A stretch of 62,648 bases of DNA from NCBI GenBank assembly GCA_910592345.1, contig CAJVPI010000063.1, forward strand, positions 1 through 62,648, given 5' to 3'. This document shows, in pieces, positions 1-12,245 of the stretch; position 1 is the first letter of the stretch, and each line of letters starts with the position of its first letter. The notes under the pieces were generated by a model. The model was not told the origin of the DNA and searched no databases. It saw only the letters and a list, made by a program, of their open reading frames with translations. Source of the DNA: Paraglomus brasilianum (taxonomy: Eukaryota). Both the position numbers and the translations under genes were made by a program.

Positions 1-1040
1 TGAAGAAATTCATTAGTTGATCAATCAACAGTATCTTGAGGAAAAAGTTTATGCATAAAATAAAGAAGATCACTAAAAAAGGGAAAATTTTCAACATATT
101 CACTTAACCCTCTATTATCTGCACCCACATTTAAAACACGTCTGACAGCAACCTGATTAGTTCAACTCCTTCCAAAAGATCAATTTATAACTCTTTTAAA
201 AGCATTTTTGATTTTGTCAGCTTCAGCAGCAGTAAACCTTTTATCAATAATTTTAAAAAGTTTATCCTCATCCAAATTTTTTAAAATTTTGCAGAATTGC
301 TGAGGAAAATCACGAGATACATAAAGTGGATGAGTTCAAGGCTCACTAGAAACACCAGTTCTTACCACAGCTTTTGGATTAGTTATTTCAAATGTGGAGC
401 TTGCCACCCTTCTCGTGATTTTAACTATTTCATCAAGAATTTTTCTACCACCCCTTCCTGGGGTTTGAAGATCAATTTTTAAATCAGTAACAATTTGGCT
501 CACTAAAGTCTTATAATGTTCTTCCTTTTCCACTAAATTAGGTGCAACCTTTGCCCTAAGTCCAGCAATTTCTTTTTCTTTTTTAGCCCTTTCATCCAAA
601 TAAATTTCCAATTCTGCTTTTTTTGATTCAATATCAAGTAAATATTTATAATCAGATTCATAAAATAAAACATCTTCAAATTGACTAACAACTTTATCAA
701 TTGGTTTATTATTACCAATTTCATTAACCAATTGATAAGGAACAGAGTTAGTTCTTTGTTCTGCTAATAAAGATTTAAATAGAGAGCATCCATCAGGAGT
801 TAAACCCATTGTTTCAGTTTTTACTTTATCTTTGGATTGTTTTCAATTATCAAGTACTTCAGCAGTGTGTTGAAGTAAAGTTTTATCCAAAGTACCATTT
901 GGTTTTAAAAGATTACTCTCAAAGATAGCCTTTTCTTCTGGTTTAAGGACTCCATAATAATTGGAATATCCTTTTGCTTCATCTATTGTATTTATATCAT
1001 TTTTATTGAATGTCATGATTTTAATTTCTTTTTTTATCAT
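1..1040 (-). CDS. Intronless code-4 (TGA=Trp) ORF of at least 346 codons, running off the window edge; unknown protein of probable endobacterial (Mollicutes) or mitochondrial-element origin
   Basis: ORFs 843..1040 and 336..809 share a frame and are joined by a stop-free KQSKDKVKTET linker after TGA 843-845. The frame continues to base 1 with only TGA at 336, 180, 162 and 21. No TGG, TAA or TAG in frame. Confidence 0.8.
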
Positions 1041-1620
1041 GTGACAACTGATCTATGAAAATGGTGCATTCGCAAAAATAGATGATCATCAGAAAATCGT
1101 CTTCAAAGAAATTGGGCCATTTTTATGGTAATCATCCCCATTTCACATATACCCCAAAATCCAAGCGACCAATAGTAATGCAATAGACTTTATTTAACTT
1201 CCTGGCGGTCTCGGACAAGTTATATCCTTATAAGGATCGTTGACAAACCTTCTTACTTCATTATAGAGATATGTTTGTCTTGTAAGTGAAATAGGTTGTA
1301 AATCTAGAGCCTTTGGTAGTATATAAGGATCAAATATAGCATTTTTTTAAATAAATCGATAATTGTAAATTCTCCATTAGCAGTTTCCTGGCAGAAGACT
1401 TTGCCAAGTTCAGTGGACCTGAACGAGAAATGATGGTAATGTCTAATGTTGGGGACTCTTTTAAAGTAAGGAGTAAAATAATTGACGAAATCAAAATATT
1501 TCCACTCATGATCTTTGTAACGGACTGCATTATTGCCATGGGCAGACATTCTAGTTACTTCAGCAACATCATCAACAGTATTAGTATTTATCACTGACTT
1601 TTTGTAATAGGCTTTCAAAA

Positions 1621-1745
1621 ACCCAAACCCTCTTTTACAGAACAGAGGGAACAGGTAAAACAGCGACCATGAAAAATATTTGTGTTCATGCTAATTGCTA
1701 TCCTTTGGTAGAAATCAAGGGTTCTAACTTAACTCCCACTGAATC
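1621..1745 (+). pseudogene. P-loop NTPase fragment inserted antisense within the transposase
   Basis: Translates LFYRTEGTGKTATMKNICVHANCYPLVEIKGSNLTPTE: a Walker A GxxGxGKT with the first G replaced by R (AGA). Confidence 0.5.
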
Positions 1746-2692
1746 AGGGAAGAAGGTTGGTTCTAACATTGAAGCAAACTGTATACCACTAACTCTCCAA
1801 GTGTTAAAACTTCTCATTAACACTAGGATAAGATAACCGAATGAGTGGAAAGAATGGATAAAAATGGTAGAACCTATTTAATTCTACGATTAGAAAGAAA
1901 TATCTATCACAAATAAATTTAGTGTGCCTGGGTATCATGAAATTAAGTTCAACAGTGTCAAACATACCAATCAGTACCAACCAACAGTAGAAGGCAATAG
2001 TAGTGTTATTCTTATTTTGCCCTCCACAGTTGTCACAGTTGAGGTTCTTCTCACCTCTGTTATGTCCAATAAGTGTGTCATAGGCCAAACTTAGAGTTGT
2101 ATTCACACCCTTTGCTACTCCCACAGGGAACTCCCCTTCATCTACAAGGTAATTTATTTGGTGAGATTGAGGCTGATTACCAGTGTCATTAATTCTGAAG
2201 ATACTGACTGAGTGCACACTCTTAAAGTACAAAGGACCGATTTGTTGTGGAGAATACGGTACTGGAACACTCTGCACCCAATCGTAACAAAAATGAGCAA
2301 TATAAATAGCTAGCATTATCCATATTTTAGAAACATGACTGAGTTATACACTTTTCTCAAAACAGCTTGAAGAGACATCATAAAACTCTTACCATCAACA
2401 GTATTTGGGGTAGGTCTTTCTTTACTAGCAAGTGGTGAATGATGTTTTGAGGTCTTTATTGGCACACATGGGGTGACCCCTGATTTTCTGTGTTGTTACT
2501 ACCAACTAGACTTGGCCATACTGGCTCTTACATATATAAATAAATAAATATAATAATACATATATGTCTTATCATAATTCTATATCATATATGATATCCT
2601 ACTATATTAGTCTACCTATAATTAACTCTAGAGAACCTGGGCATCAGAGGAGGAAACTAGCGACTAGTAAAAACCTAAACTGTACTTCTCCT

Positions 2693-2926
2693 TTAGTCTC
2701 TATTGGGATTGAGTGAACAATCCCAAGAATTATGCACACTACTTTCGCAAAATTCACAGTATATTGACACTACCACTTCCCCAGCATCAATACACTCTGT
2801 TTGTTCATTTCTCCATGGTTTCCCCAACTTTCTTCTGGACTCCTTCCACTGCTCCAAGAAAGGCTGAAAGTGGGGATGGCGCAAGACCCTATCTCTGTCT
2901 ATTCCACCAAAGGAGCGCTTCAGCAT
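2693..2926 (-). mobile_element. CCHC zinc-knuckle fragment, probably retrotransposon-derived, nested in the transposase
   Basis: CEFCESSVHNSWDC matches CX2CX4HX4C; adjoins an AT-rich low-complexity tract at 2500-2690. Confidence 0.45.
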
Positions 2927-3539
2927 AGTGCACCATCAAGTGGTGAATGAATATTAATATTAGTATGGGAAGTGTTTTCTTTTGCTTTTTTAATGTTATC
3001 ATTGTAATATTCGCATTCAAGTTTAGCGATTCTTGTATGACTAGCATATTCAACTAGTAACTCTTCTTTATCTTCAGACCTATTGGTATGACCAATTTTC
3101 CATCTTAATGTTTTGCAAACATTGCATAAATCTGACTTGGGAGTCATAAACTTGATATGAGGGGTGAGCGATTTCCACAAATGAACAAAGGAGGACTGAC
3201 TGATTTGATCATTATTTTTGTTCATCGATTTCATAGCTTGTTCGTATTTATGGAAAACGGAAGTATAGTTTTCAACTGTAGGTAAATAAATCAATGCCTG
3301 ATCATCCTTTTCTAGATGGCTACCGGGTCTTGGAAGCCCATTGATCTCAGCATAATTAAGGATAAAGATGAAACTTCTTTGGCATTATCGTGAGTAATGG
3401 TTACTTTACTCGATCGCTGAGGCAGGCGTTTAATGTTACCATGTACTCTCATTGTTGGTCCATATTCCTCTAGTTGTCGCTCAATCGCATCAAGTTTATT
3501 TCTACCAACCCCTACCAGTTTTAGATAGTATTATTCCTA

Positions 3540-4438
3540 TCACCTTTGAGTAAACGCAATGTACCCAGCAGACTATTAATTATTGCAGGATCCTTGCCGA
3601 CCAGATATGAGGCCTCATCAATAAAGAGAATCATTGGCAGGATGACCTCCGCCGCAGAAAGAAACTCTCGAACGTGTGTGAAGTTACACGCAATTGTTCG
3701 TCAAAGGCAAACAAAGTTGGATTCAAGACACGCAGTTTTTTGCATATGGACATCCAGAACGCATCGACTCCATTATCAATATCAATCCCAGCATCGAATG
3801 AAATAATATAGGTGCCAGGTGTGGTCCGTCCGAAGCCAGCCATGTCCACTGTCAAGGTGTGGAGATATCGTTGCACTGCATATATCACCGTTGACTTTCC
3901 ACTTTGGCGATGTCCGTGCATAAGGCAGAGCTCGCCCTGGAGAAGCAAATATGACAGCTTTTTCACTAAGGGGGGTTCAACGTAAAAGTTTACTTCTGGA
4001 TAGGCTTCGTTGGCAGGCGAGAAAATGCGACGAACTAAAGAAAGAAAATTAGTGCAGATTGGCAAGATAGAACAAAATTATGCTTGCGCAAATCAGGATC
4101 TTTGTAAACATACTTTTAGCTGGGGGCATGTCCAGGTCTGAAGAAGAGCGCGAACGTCTCACACCTGGTCAGTAATGGAAACAATCATTATCCAATGGTT
4201 ACTACTATAGCATGGAATACAAAAAACACACAATAACCTACTCTGCCCTATTTACACACTACTCTATGTCCCCAACGCCGAGTCACAAAGTCGTTACCTG
4301 TTTGAGTTGTGAAAGCACGTAACGCTTCTCCCCACGCCTTTACTTCCCCTCTCCAAAACTCCTTATCGTCTTCATTCACAGCAGAATCCAACCTCCTCTT
4401 CGCGTCTTCTGGTTCTTGACGTCTTCGATGGTTGCCAT
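3540..4438 (-). pseudogene. AAA+/P-loop ATPase, Crinkler-like effector-family pseudogene, truncated by the transposase
   Basis: Walker A HGHRQSGKST in ORF 3631..4065. Walker B ILFIDEASYL lies in a shifted frame at about 3600-3635. Helical N-terminal exon at about 4300-4438. Ends abruptly at about 3540. Confidence 0.55.
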
Positions 4439-5048
4439 TTCGTAAGTTTGATGGGAAGGTGTGCCGCGCGATGTGATCTAATATACCAACGCCAAATCAG
4501 TGGCTTAATCAATGACGTAATTAGGAACTCCACAAGTTATTTTATAGACAAGCACCATTATTACTCTCAAAATGTTATTGTCAAATTAGTTAACTATCAG
4601 CCACATTAGCCTCACATTTATGTCACATAACAGAATGTTCACTTTGTCTGGTTTTGTTGCAGTCTGCCCCATATTATTAACGTCGAGAATTCCACCATTT
4701 GAAATATTTACAGTATACTTGAAAGCGAAACAATTTCAAGCTCTCGATCTGTCTATACTTCAGTAGCGTTAGTATGCACGAAAGCTACTTTAATATTCCA
4801 TGGTATTAAAGATTGTATTCTGGATTCGTCTTTGTTAAAGTTAAATTTCACTATATTTCTTTTTCTTGTATTGTTTTATGCAGCCAAAACTAATTTATTC
4901 TAACGCAAGACTGCCACGGACAATATATTTTTGCATTCTCTCCATTGTAAGCTCAAATATACCCTCTTCGGCCAATGATATTTGAGTGATTTATTATGAG
5001 ATAATCTGCAGGGATGACCGAATTAAAGAGTCTGTTTTTGTTACCTCA

Positions 5049-5765
5049 ATGTCAAAATTAAAGCAGCTTCCACAATTGACACTTGCATTACTGAAACCTG
5101 ACATAGTAGTCAATCCAACGATAAGAAATCAGATACTGCACAAAATACAATCACACCCTCATTCGTTTACAATAGTTGAACAGAAGGACATTCTCTGGAA
5201 ACTTGCACAGGCCAAAGCATTCTATAAAGCCCATGAGGGTAGATTCTTTTTTGAGCGCCTGTGCGGATTCATGACAAGGTATTCCGAGTTGCAAGAAAAC
5301 ATGAAATCTGCCAATAGTAAAGGCTTGTATTCCTAAGGCAATCGGGTCAATTAATGTGACTCTGTGATGTTAAGCGGCAAGTTTACCGCATTAATACTTG
5401 CTAGAGAAGATGCAATCCATTATTGGCGTCAGTTGATTGGTCCAACACATCCATGCAGGTAAATTATAGCATCGAAGCAAAATTGTCAGTTAACACAAGT
5501 GGAATAAAAAAATTGCCATTTATCATCAAAGAGCACGCGTAGTAGCTCCCGGTACCCTGCGTGCAACTTATGGCCTGACTGATACGAGAAACTCCTTCCA
5601 TGGATCCGGTAAGCGCCAGACGTCTCTTTTTAATGACATGTTCGATAAATGATTATACCATAACAAGGCAATTGAACAGATTCGGACGATACAGCAAAAC
5701 GCGAAATTAAATTATTTTTCCCAGACTTTGATATTGATGAATGGAGAAGAAATCAGAACTCGTGA
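5049..5765 (+). CDS. Nucleoside diphosphate kinase, NME6-like (4 exons)
   Basis: LTLALLKPD, FYKAHEGRFFFERLCGFM, WRQLIGPTHP, GLTDTRNSFHGSDS (catalytic HGSD), REIKLFFPDF; GT-AG introns. Confidence 0.88.
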
Positions 5766-5813
5766 ATACAACTGCTTTATGTATTTAATATTTATCGTAA
5801 TCATCGATCTTTC

Positions 5814-8406
5814 TTAATTGTTTTTTGGGGGGAATGCAGTCTTCACCAGTTCCTTCTTATTAACTTTTCCCATGGCGTTCCGAGGTAACGCGTCGTCATA
5901 TAGTTTTAGTAAAGTAGGTAATTTGTAACTTGCCAGTCTATCTTTAGCAAATTCTCGCAAAGCGTTCAAAGTAATCGCGGTTTCCTGATTTGGGAATTTG
6001 CATTAGATAAAAGTAAGGCAATATAACAAGGATAATGAATATGCCTTACGCTGTGTTTGGGTACGACGACTGCTCCGACTCTCTGTCCCCATTCGGCATC
6101 TTCGACGCCAACGATAGCAACGTCTGCTATGTCTGGATGTGCCAATAATTCTCTCTCAATTTCCAAAGCCGATATTTTATATCCTCCTGACTGAAATAAC
6201 AAAGATTGATAATCTTTTGGAAATAATTCGCGTACTTGAATGAAATGTGGGAAAATTTAAATACCTTGATAATATCAACGCTTTTTCTCCCAAGGATTCT
6301 ATACATTTTTGTACTGGGCTCTCTAATGGCTGTATCGCCGGTTTTGAACCTAAACAGGAATTCATTCACTTTTTCTAAAAGTTTAGGATCAAGTCCGTCA
6401 AAAAAAAAAAAAGATTTAGCCATACCACCCATCTTCAGTGAATTCTTTTGCTGTAGCCTCCGGGCGATTCCAGTATCTTTCGACGAGTGAAATGACAATA
6501 TGGTTACATTTTATCAGGTATAGAGCCTCTGCATGACCACCTTGTTCAGATAACACTCACTCTTTAAATACATTCGGTCCCTTGACTTGCACTTCTCCGG
6601 GTGTATCTACTTCTTCAGTTACATTGGTGCCGTCATCGGCAATCAGCCGAACCTTCACACCGGGGAGAGGCAATCCGACAGTCCCCTATCAATTAAAATT
6701 AAATTCTGTGTAATAATAACACCGGCTAGAACAAGACTAGTCTCTCGTAATACCTCGACGCGTTTTTCTACTTCATATCCATTACTTAACGCCATGCCAA
6801 TCTCGCTCATTCCGTACCGTTCCAATAATACTTGCCCTCCACTAATTTGTTTCCATTCGTTTCTCAGAGGTACAGGAAGCGAGGCTGAACCAGAAATCAT
6901 CACTCGGAATTGAGAGCATGATTCGGTAGCAATCAATTGTGCATCAGGTGGGAGGGATGTCTTGTAGAATTGGATGAGTTTTGCTATTTAAAATAAAACA
7001 GTAAGTGATGGTATGATCAAAGCAATGTGGAAATGCAAGAGGAATATTCATGAATAATGTACAGTAGATGGTAGGGACGGCCATGAAGAGGGTGAGATCT
7101 CGTGTAGATGATGTCCATCGTCGCCATACATACATAGCATCGAATTTGGAAAGCATTTCTACTGTTGCGCCGGCATATAATGCACATATCAGTGCCTACA
7201 CAGGATAAGAACGCGTATTTGAGACTGTATATGCATTTTGATCAAGTAGACATGTCATCATGAAATAAAATTTCCCCATAACCGTAAGTATTTTCACAAC
7301 TAACGTTCAAAATTCCCTAAACAGTGAAAATAGCAGTTATTTAATGGTTACTTAATGGTGGCGTAACAAGTTCTCAGAACTGCAGAGATAGTCTAATTCT
7401 TACGTGCAAATGATGTAATGGCAACACATGTAGAATCTTATCTTTGTCACTCCACTTCCACGCGTTTATCAAGCTTTGTGCCTGAGCTTCTATATTTGCA
7501 TGAGAAAGAACAACCCCCTTTGGTCTTCCTAATTATCAACTTTTTTCAGCATCAATTAATTAAATGTTGCTTATTTATACAATTCATTCTTCCTGGTAGA
7601 TTACCTGTGGTACCGCTCGTATATATAATAAGTGCGCGACGTGATGTAGCCATCGGATATAATCTAGGCATCTGAAATATACAAGGTTGAGAGTCTAACT
7701 TTGATGTAAATTATCCCATGGCTAACGCACCTCGAATTCTCGATTTTCTTTGTATTGTTCCTGTGGTCCAGCATAAACTATTTTATCAAATTGACCTGAA
7801 ATGCTGCTTGTCATATGTTCTAATTGTGGGTGTACTAAAACCAACGACGATTGAGAATCCTTGATTGCATATTCCAGCTCAGTTGGCGGATGGGTTATAC
7901 CTAATGCATAGAATCGATGTGAGTAATTACACTGTGCCTAATCTCATTTTCCTCGGATTCCCGACTCAACTTACATAATGGCACTGCAATACCACCAGCA
8001 GCCCAAACAGCACACTGTGCGACGACATAATCATATCCATTAGGATATAGATAGGCCACTCTCATCTCTTTCGAATCGTTCACCTCTCCTTTCGACAATA
8101 GTAAACCACGTAATTGAATGACATTTTTAATAATATCTCTATAGGTGTATGATCCATTCATGTCAACGATTGCTGGTTTTGTGGGGGGTTGAGTTTGAGC
8201 ATAGGAAAGTATTTTCTGAAAGAATGGGAGATTAGGAAGGGCTATGCGTTTTTGTTAGAGAATGTTCGAAAGACATACATGTACAGTTACTAAATGTAAT
8301 TAACTATAAACTCGATATATGGTTTACCTATGTCTGTAGCAAAGGTTCTTCTCAGAAGCCGCGTAATTGGGAATCGAGACTTTCTTGTGAGTCGTACGCA
8401 GAGCAT
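5814..8406 (-). CDS. Mitochondrial acyl-CoA synthetase, ACSF3/malonyl-CoA synthetase-like (multi-exon)
   Basis: Arg-rich N-terminal presequence [96 protein letters not shown]. Confidence 0.9.
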
Positions 8407-8699
8407 ATCTCCAACAAGTTATCGTTCAAGTCGAAAGAGTCGATTGATCTACACAAAACGATCAGCTGTTGGAAATGTCAATCCCGTTGGATGATGAATA
8501 ATTAAATTGATATTCTGTTAGGCGAGCATTTCTATCATTGTCATAGCGATAAGCCGACAATATCTCTAGATTAGCTTCCCGGTTCAGTGAATTATTCAGC
8601 AGCAATAATTGTAAACACTGGATGATCGACAACAATGTTCGAGTTACTTCTTCGATGTGTTAAGATAAATCGTTATGTTTGCGCTACTTCCATACACTA

Positions 8700-10700
8700 G
8701 AGATAATAGTAGGCATTAGCTTTATTAGCCTTTATGTTAGTCTACGGTTATCACGCTCGCCACGAATACAACCATTATGTTACGAGCCGACGGACAGACT
8801 CGCTCCGGTTATGATACCATTAACACTCACTTTCAACACAGCAAACTTTAATTCTTGTTCTTAATGAACGTAATACTTCTTGCGAACAGTATCATTCTTA
8901 TTTCAGTACTTAAACATGATCCTCCTTGGCGAACATGATGTGTTTATAACGAAGCTCTCATTATTTCTCGTAGCGAAAGTCTTACAGTAAACCCAGATTT
9001 CGTAATGCTACATTTACTTAACAACATGCTCTTTCTTCACGAATAGAAGGCTTTTAAAGGTTTTGAGTTTAGCATTTATTATCCTTTCGTTCGATTAAAC
9101 TATTTATAATATTTTTTTAGATCTTGTAAAAATCGATCCTGTCCCCCAAGGCCAAATACCAGTCCGTGTGAGGGTAGGCTTTGTACAAGCTAACAAAGTT
9201 TTACTAAAATTTCGTTTGTGCATTAAATCAGTGTACCCCAAATAAAAACCATCGCATATTCAAAAAGCGTGCTATTTTGTAAAATCAGAGTTAGTAAACA
9301 GTCAGTTAAAACAACGACATAAGAAATCTGAAACGGACCTTCTCGTATAAGGAGATATATTAGCTCCGGCACTTCTTTTGTTGACGAATGCCCGCCCACA
9401 TAACTGCCTAGAACGGTTTTATTTCTGTTCTGTCGATGTTGACAACTGTGATGGAGGTGAAGAGATTATATCGAACGCTTACAGGTAATCGGTCAATTTC
9501 TTCTCTCGTTTCTGTAAAAAAAAATATTTTAGTGTGACTGAATATAATTTCAAAAACTATGATTATTATTATATACTTTACCTTCAGGCATGGTACTGAT
9601 TCAGTTCTGCCTTATTCGGCAGATTGACTTCTTTTACAAAGATGCTGGCAGTTAACGACTTGACAACGTCCTCTTGCAACTGATCCATATGAGAATCACC
9701 CAACTTTGTCAGGTCTAGCACCCCAGAAGCTAGTGGATCAGTGGGATGAATGGTATTTTTCCAGAAGCATTCTCGCTGCTTTATACACAATTCTATCCTC
9801 TTTGCTGCAAGAAGTTTCCACTTCTTTCTAGAAGATTTATTATCATCATTTTAGTACAATTTATTAATATCAAGTCAAAACTGTCAGCTGACATTTTACT
9901 TACGCATCGACTAATAATGTCATCTACGTTCTCCTTTATTAAGAGCTTATTCTGCTCTTGTTCATTATCTGAGCGCTAACATATAAATAGAGTTATGCTT
10001 CAGTCAATTAATTGATAACAATAATAATAAATGCAACCAATACACTTATACTTGATTGAAGCCTCACCTCCTTCTTCAATATTTGAAAATATATAGATTC
10101 CTAAAATAGCCAGATTATTAATTTTGGTTATTAAAATGTTATACAATAATAAGAGTATTTCAAAATGTGTCTTCAAAATCAGACCAGCGATAATCAAATC
10201 AGAGTCATTCGTATTTATTATTTTATTATAAGCTCCATGCCATTGACTACCGACGGGGTACTCGAGGCATAGCCCGTAGCAGCTTAACGCAAAAGCACCT
10301 CAGGATGCCAAGCGCACGACGATGGAACCGTACAACTAATCCTTTGATGTCTACAGAGCCGGCACTTTTTGTCCCATAGACTAAGACCTCGCACGACGAC
10401 GCCCGGATCAGCGTACTGACATGGGCCCATGTCATAACCAACAATTTAACTACCGCATTTCGCATCACCATTAATAATTCAAATAATTGTTAATCGCAAT
10501 ACTCACTATTTTTATTGTACCGAATTTCTTCCGCACATTTGCCAACTTCGCACTATGTCGTTTATTCCCCACACAGTCGTTCATAGCAGCGGATAATTCG
10601 GTCAAATATGCTGCGGTCGCAGTTTTTGTCGTCACATTCGTTTTTGTGAATGATAGTATTCTGGCAAGATATGCATACTCCAACCAATATTTTGAGTGAA
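8700..10700 (-). pseudogene. Decayed multi-exon hypothetical gene
   Basis: Protein-like pieces on the minus strand (9584..9790, 10471..10800, AYPHTDWYLALGDRIDFYKI near 9120-9180) separated by stops and a GT-AG intron at about 9515-9582; no family recognised. Confidence 0.3.
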
Positions 10701-11038
10701 TGGTGAGTAGTGCTTGCTTTACTATTACTATTACACCAAGCCACATTCTCTCCTTATTATTACTTTGAAGTATTATATTCTCCCCCCCGAATCGCTTCAT
10801 TCTCTATCTGCATCTGTAGTAATTTGTGTGTTTCCAAGATAGTTATAATTAGATATTTATTTCAGAACAAGAGTCAAAAATTTTTGTTTGAACATTTTCT
10901 TCAACTCAGGACAAAGATCGTTTTTATAATGAATTCTAACTACCGCAGTATAATTAATCCAATAAAAATACATGCCCCATCACGTGCGTCTTAAAATACT
11001 TGATATCGTAAATTGCAGAATTGACATTGCGACGAAAC

Positions 11039-12245
11039 ATGCGTTTATACTACGCCTTCTTTTGCCTAATAGTCATAGTTGCATCTACTTGCATTCCTCC
11101 CTTGTCAGAGACGCCCGAGGATGCCGCACGTATAGCTCGACGCCTGGTACGTGACACTACGATCGGTACTCTAGTAACTACAATGAACTCCGAAGACCGG
11201 GAGGGACTCGGAGGTAGAGCAAGCGTAATGAATGCAATTGAATGACCAAGTTGATTGTGCTGGTTGAGACTGAAATTAGGCTTTAATTAAGGATATCCAT
11301 TTGGATTGATGGATTATTATACCGATGAATGTCCATCGAGTGGGAATTTATTGTTACTCCTGACACCTTTGCAGGTGAGGAACCTAGTAAAATATCATCG
11401 GTTATTGACAGTGCAAAGTGTTGATCTAAATATTATCTTATATCATTCACTCCAAGCTGAACCTCCGTAATACGAGATCGAACGACTGGAAAGCTTCATT
11501 CACCATTCGACAGCTTGGTAACAATACGTTTAATCCCGTTGAGAAACCACGTGTGAACTTGTTTGGCTCCATTGAAAAGGTTCCAGAATCCGAGGTAACT
11601 TGCAGATGACGTTTCTGTAGATATTACAAAACGGTCGTCGTGGTTAGAAATAAGGAATGAAGGATAATTCAATTATTCAAATACAAGTAGGAAAATGTTG
11701 TTATGAAACTAAAATGATTTATGCGTGTTGGGAACAGGTAACGAACGTACAAGAATGTTTCTTGAAAGCTCACAAGGATGCAATTTATTGGTATGTTTAT
11801 CGATTGGACGATTAAGAGAGATCAGGTTTATCGGAATAGAAAAGCGCGTAGAACGATGCAGATAGATCACTGAACCCCTTAATTTGCTTCGCCCTCATTT
11901 TGAAAAGAACGTGTAGGGGCAAAACCACTGGAATCGCAATTAATTCATTACTCGTTATTTGCTTATTCTTTACTTTCATAGGATACCTGGCAGATCGCAT
12001 GATTTTTCTTTCTACCGGTTCGTTGTCAAAGATATCTACTATGTCGGTGGTTTTGGAGGGTAAGAATGTTACAAAAACGTTTATTTCTTCTCGTACGCGT
12101 TGCTCACGCTATCGCATGTCGTTCTTGTTATCGCAGACTACATTATATCGGATGGGTTGATAAAGATCTATACTTCGACGCAAACCTCCATGAGAATTTG
12201 AATAGCAACACAAAGTCCAGTTTCAGTTTGATAAAAGAGGATTAA
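11039..12245 (+). CDS. CREG-like secreted protein (pyridoxamine-phosphate-oxidase-like split barrel), 6 exons
   Basis: Signal peptide MRLYYAFFCLIVIVAS; AARIARRLV...IGTLVT, YPFGLMDYY, PRVNLFG, CFLKAHKDA..W, HDFSFYRF, IYYVGGFGG.HYIGWV. Confidence 0.85.

Larger units (their letters stand above)
1194..3535 (-). mobile_element. Degenerate Sola-like DDE transposase (DNCGGQNKN family), interrupted by two insertions
   Basis: Fragments read RVHGN...GLPRPG, HIKFMTPKSDLCNVC, CYDWVQSVPVPYSPQQIGPLYFK, DNCGGQNKN, FMIPxHTKFICD, IRHYHHFSF and TCPRPPGS*. Frameshifted, with inserts at about 1620-1900 and 2310-2925. Confidence 0.7.

Noticed and set aside
10416..10433. 18-bp perfect palindrome TGACATGGGCCCATGTCA in a GC-richer patch
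   Set aside because: Single occurrence, with no flanking structure or ORF context to assign a role.
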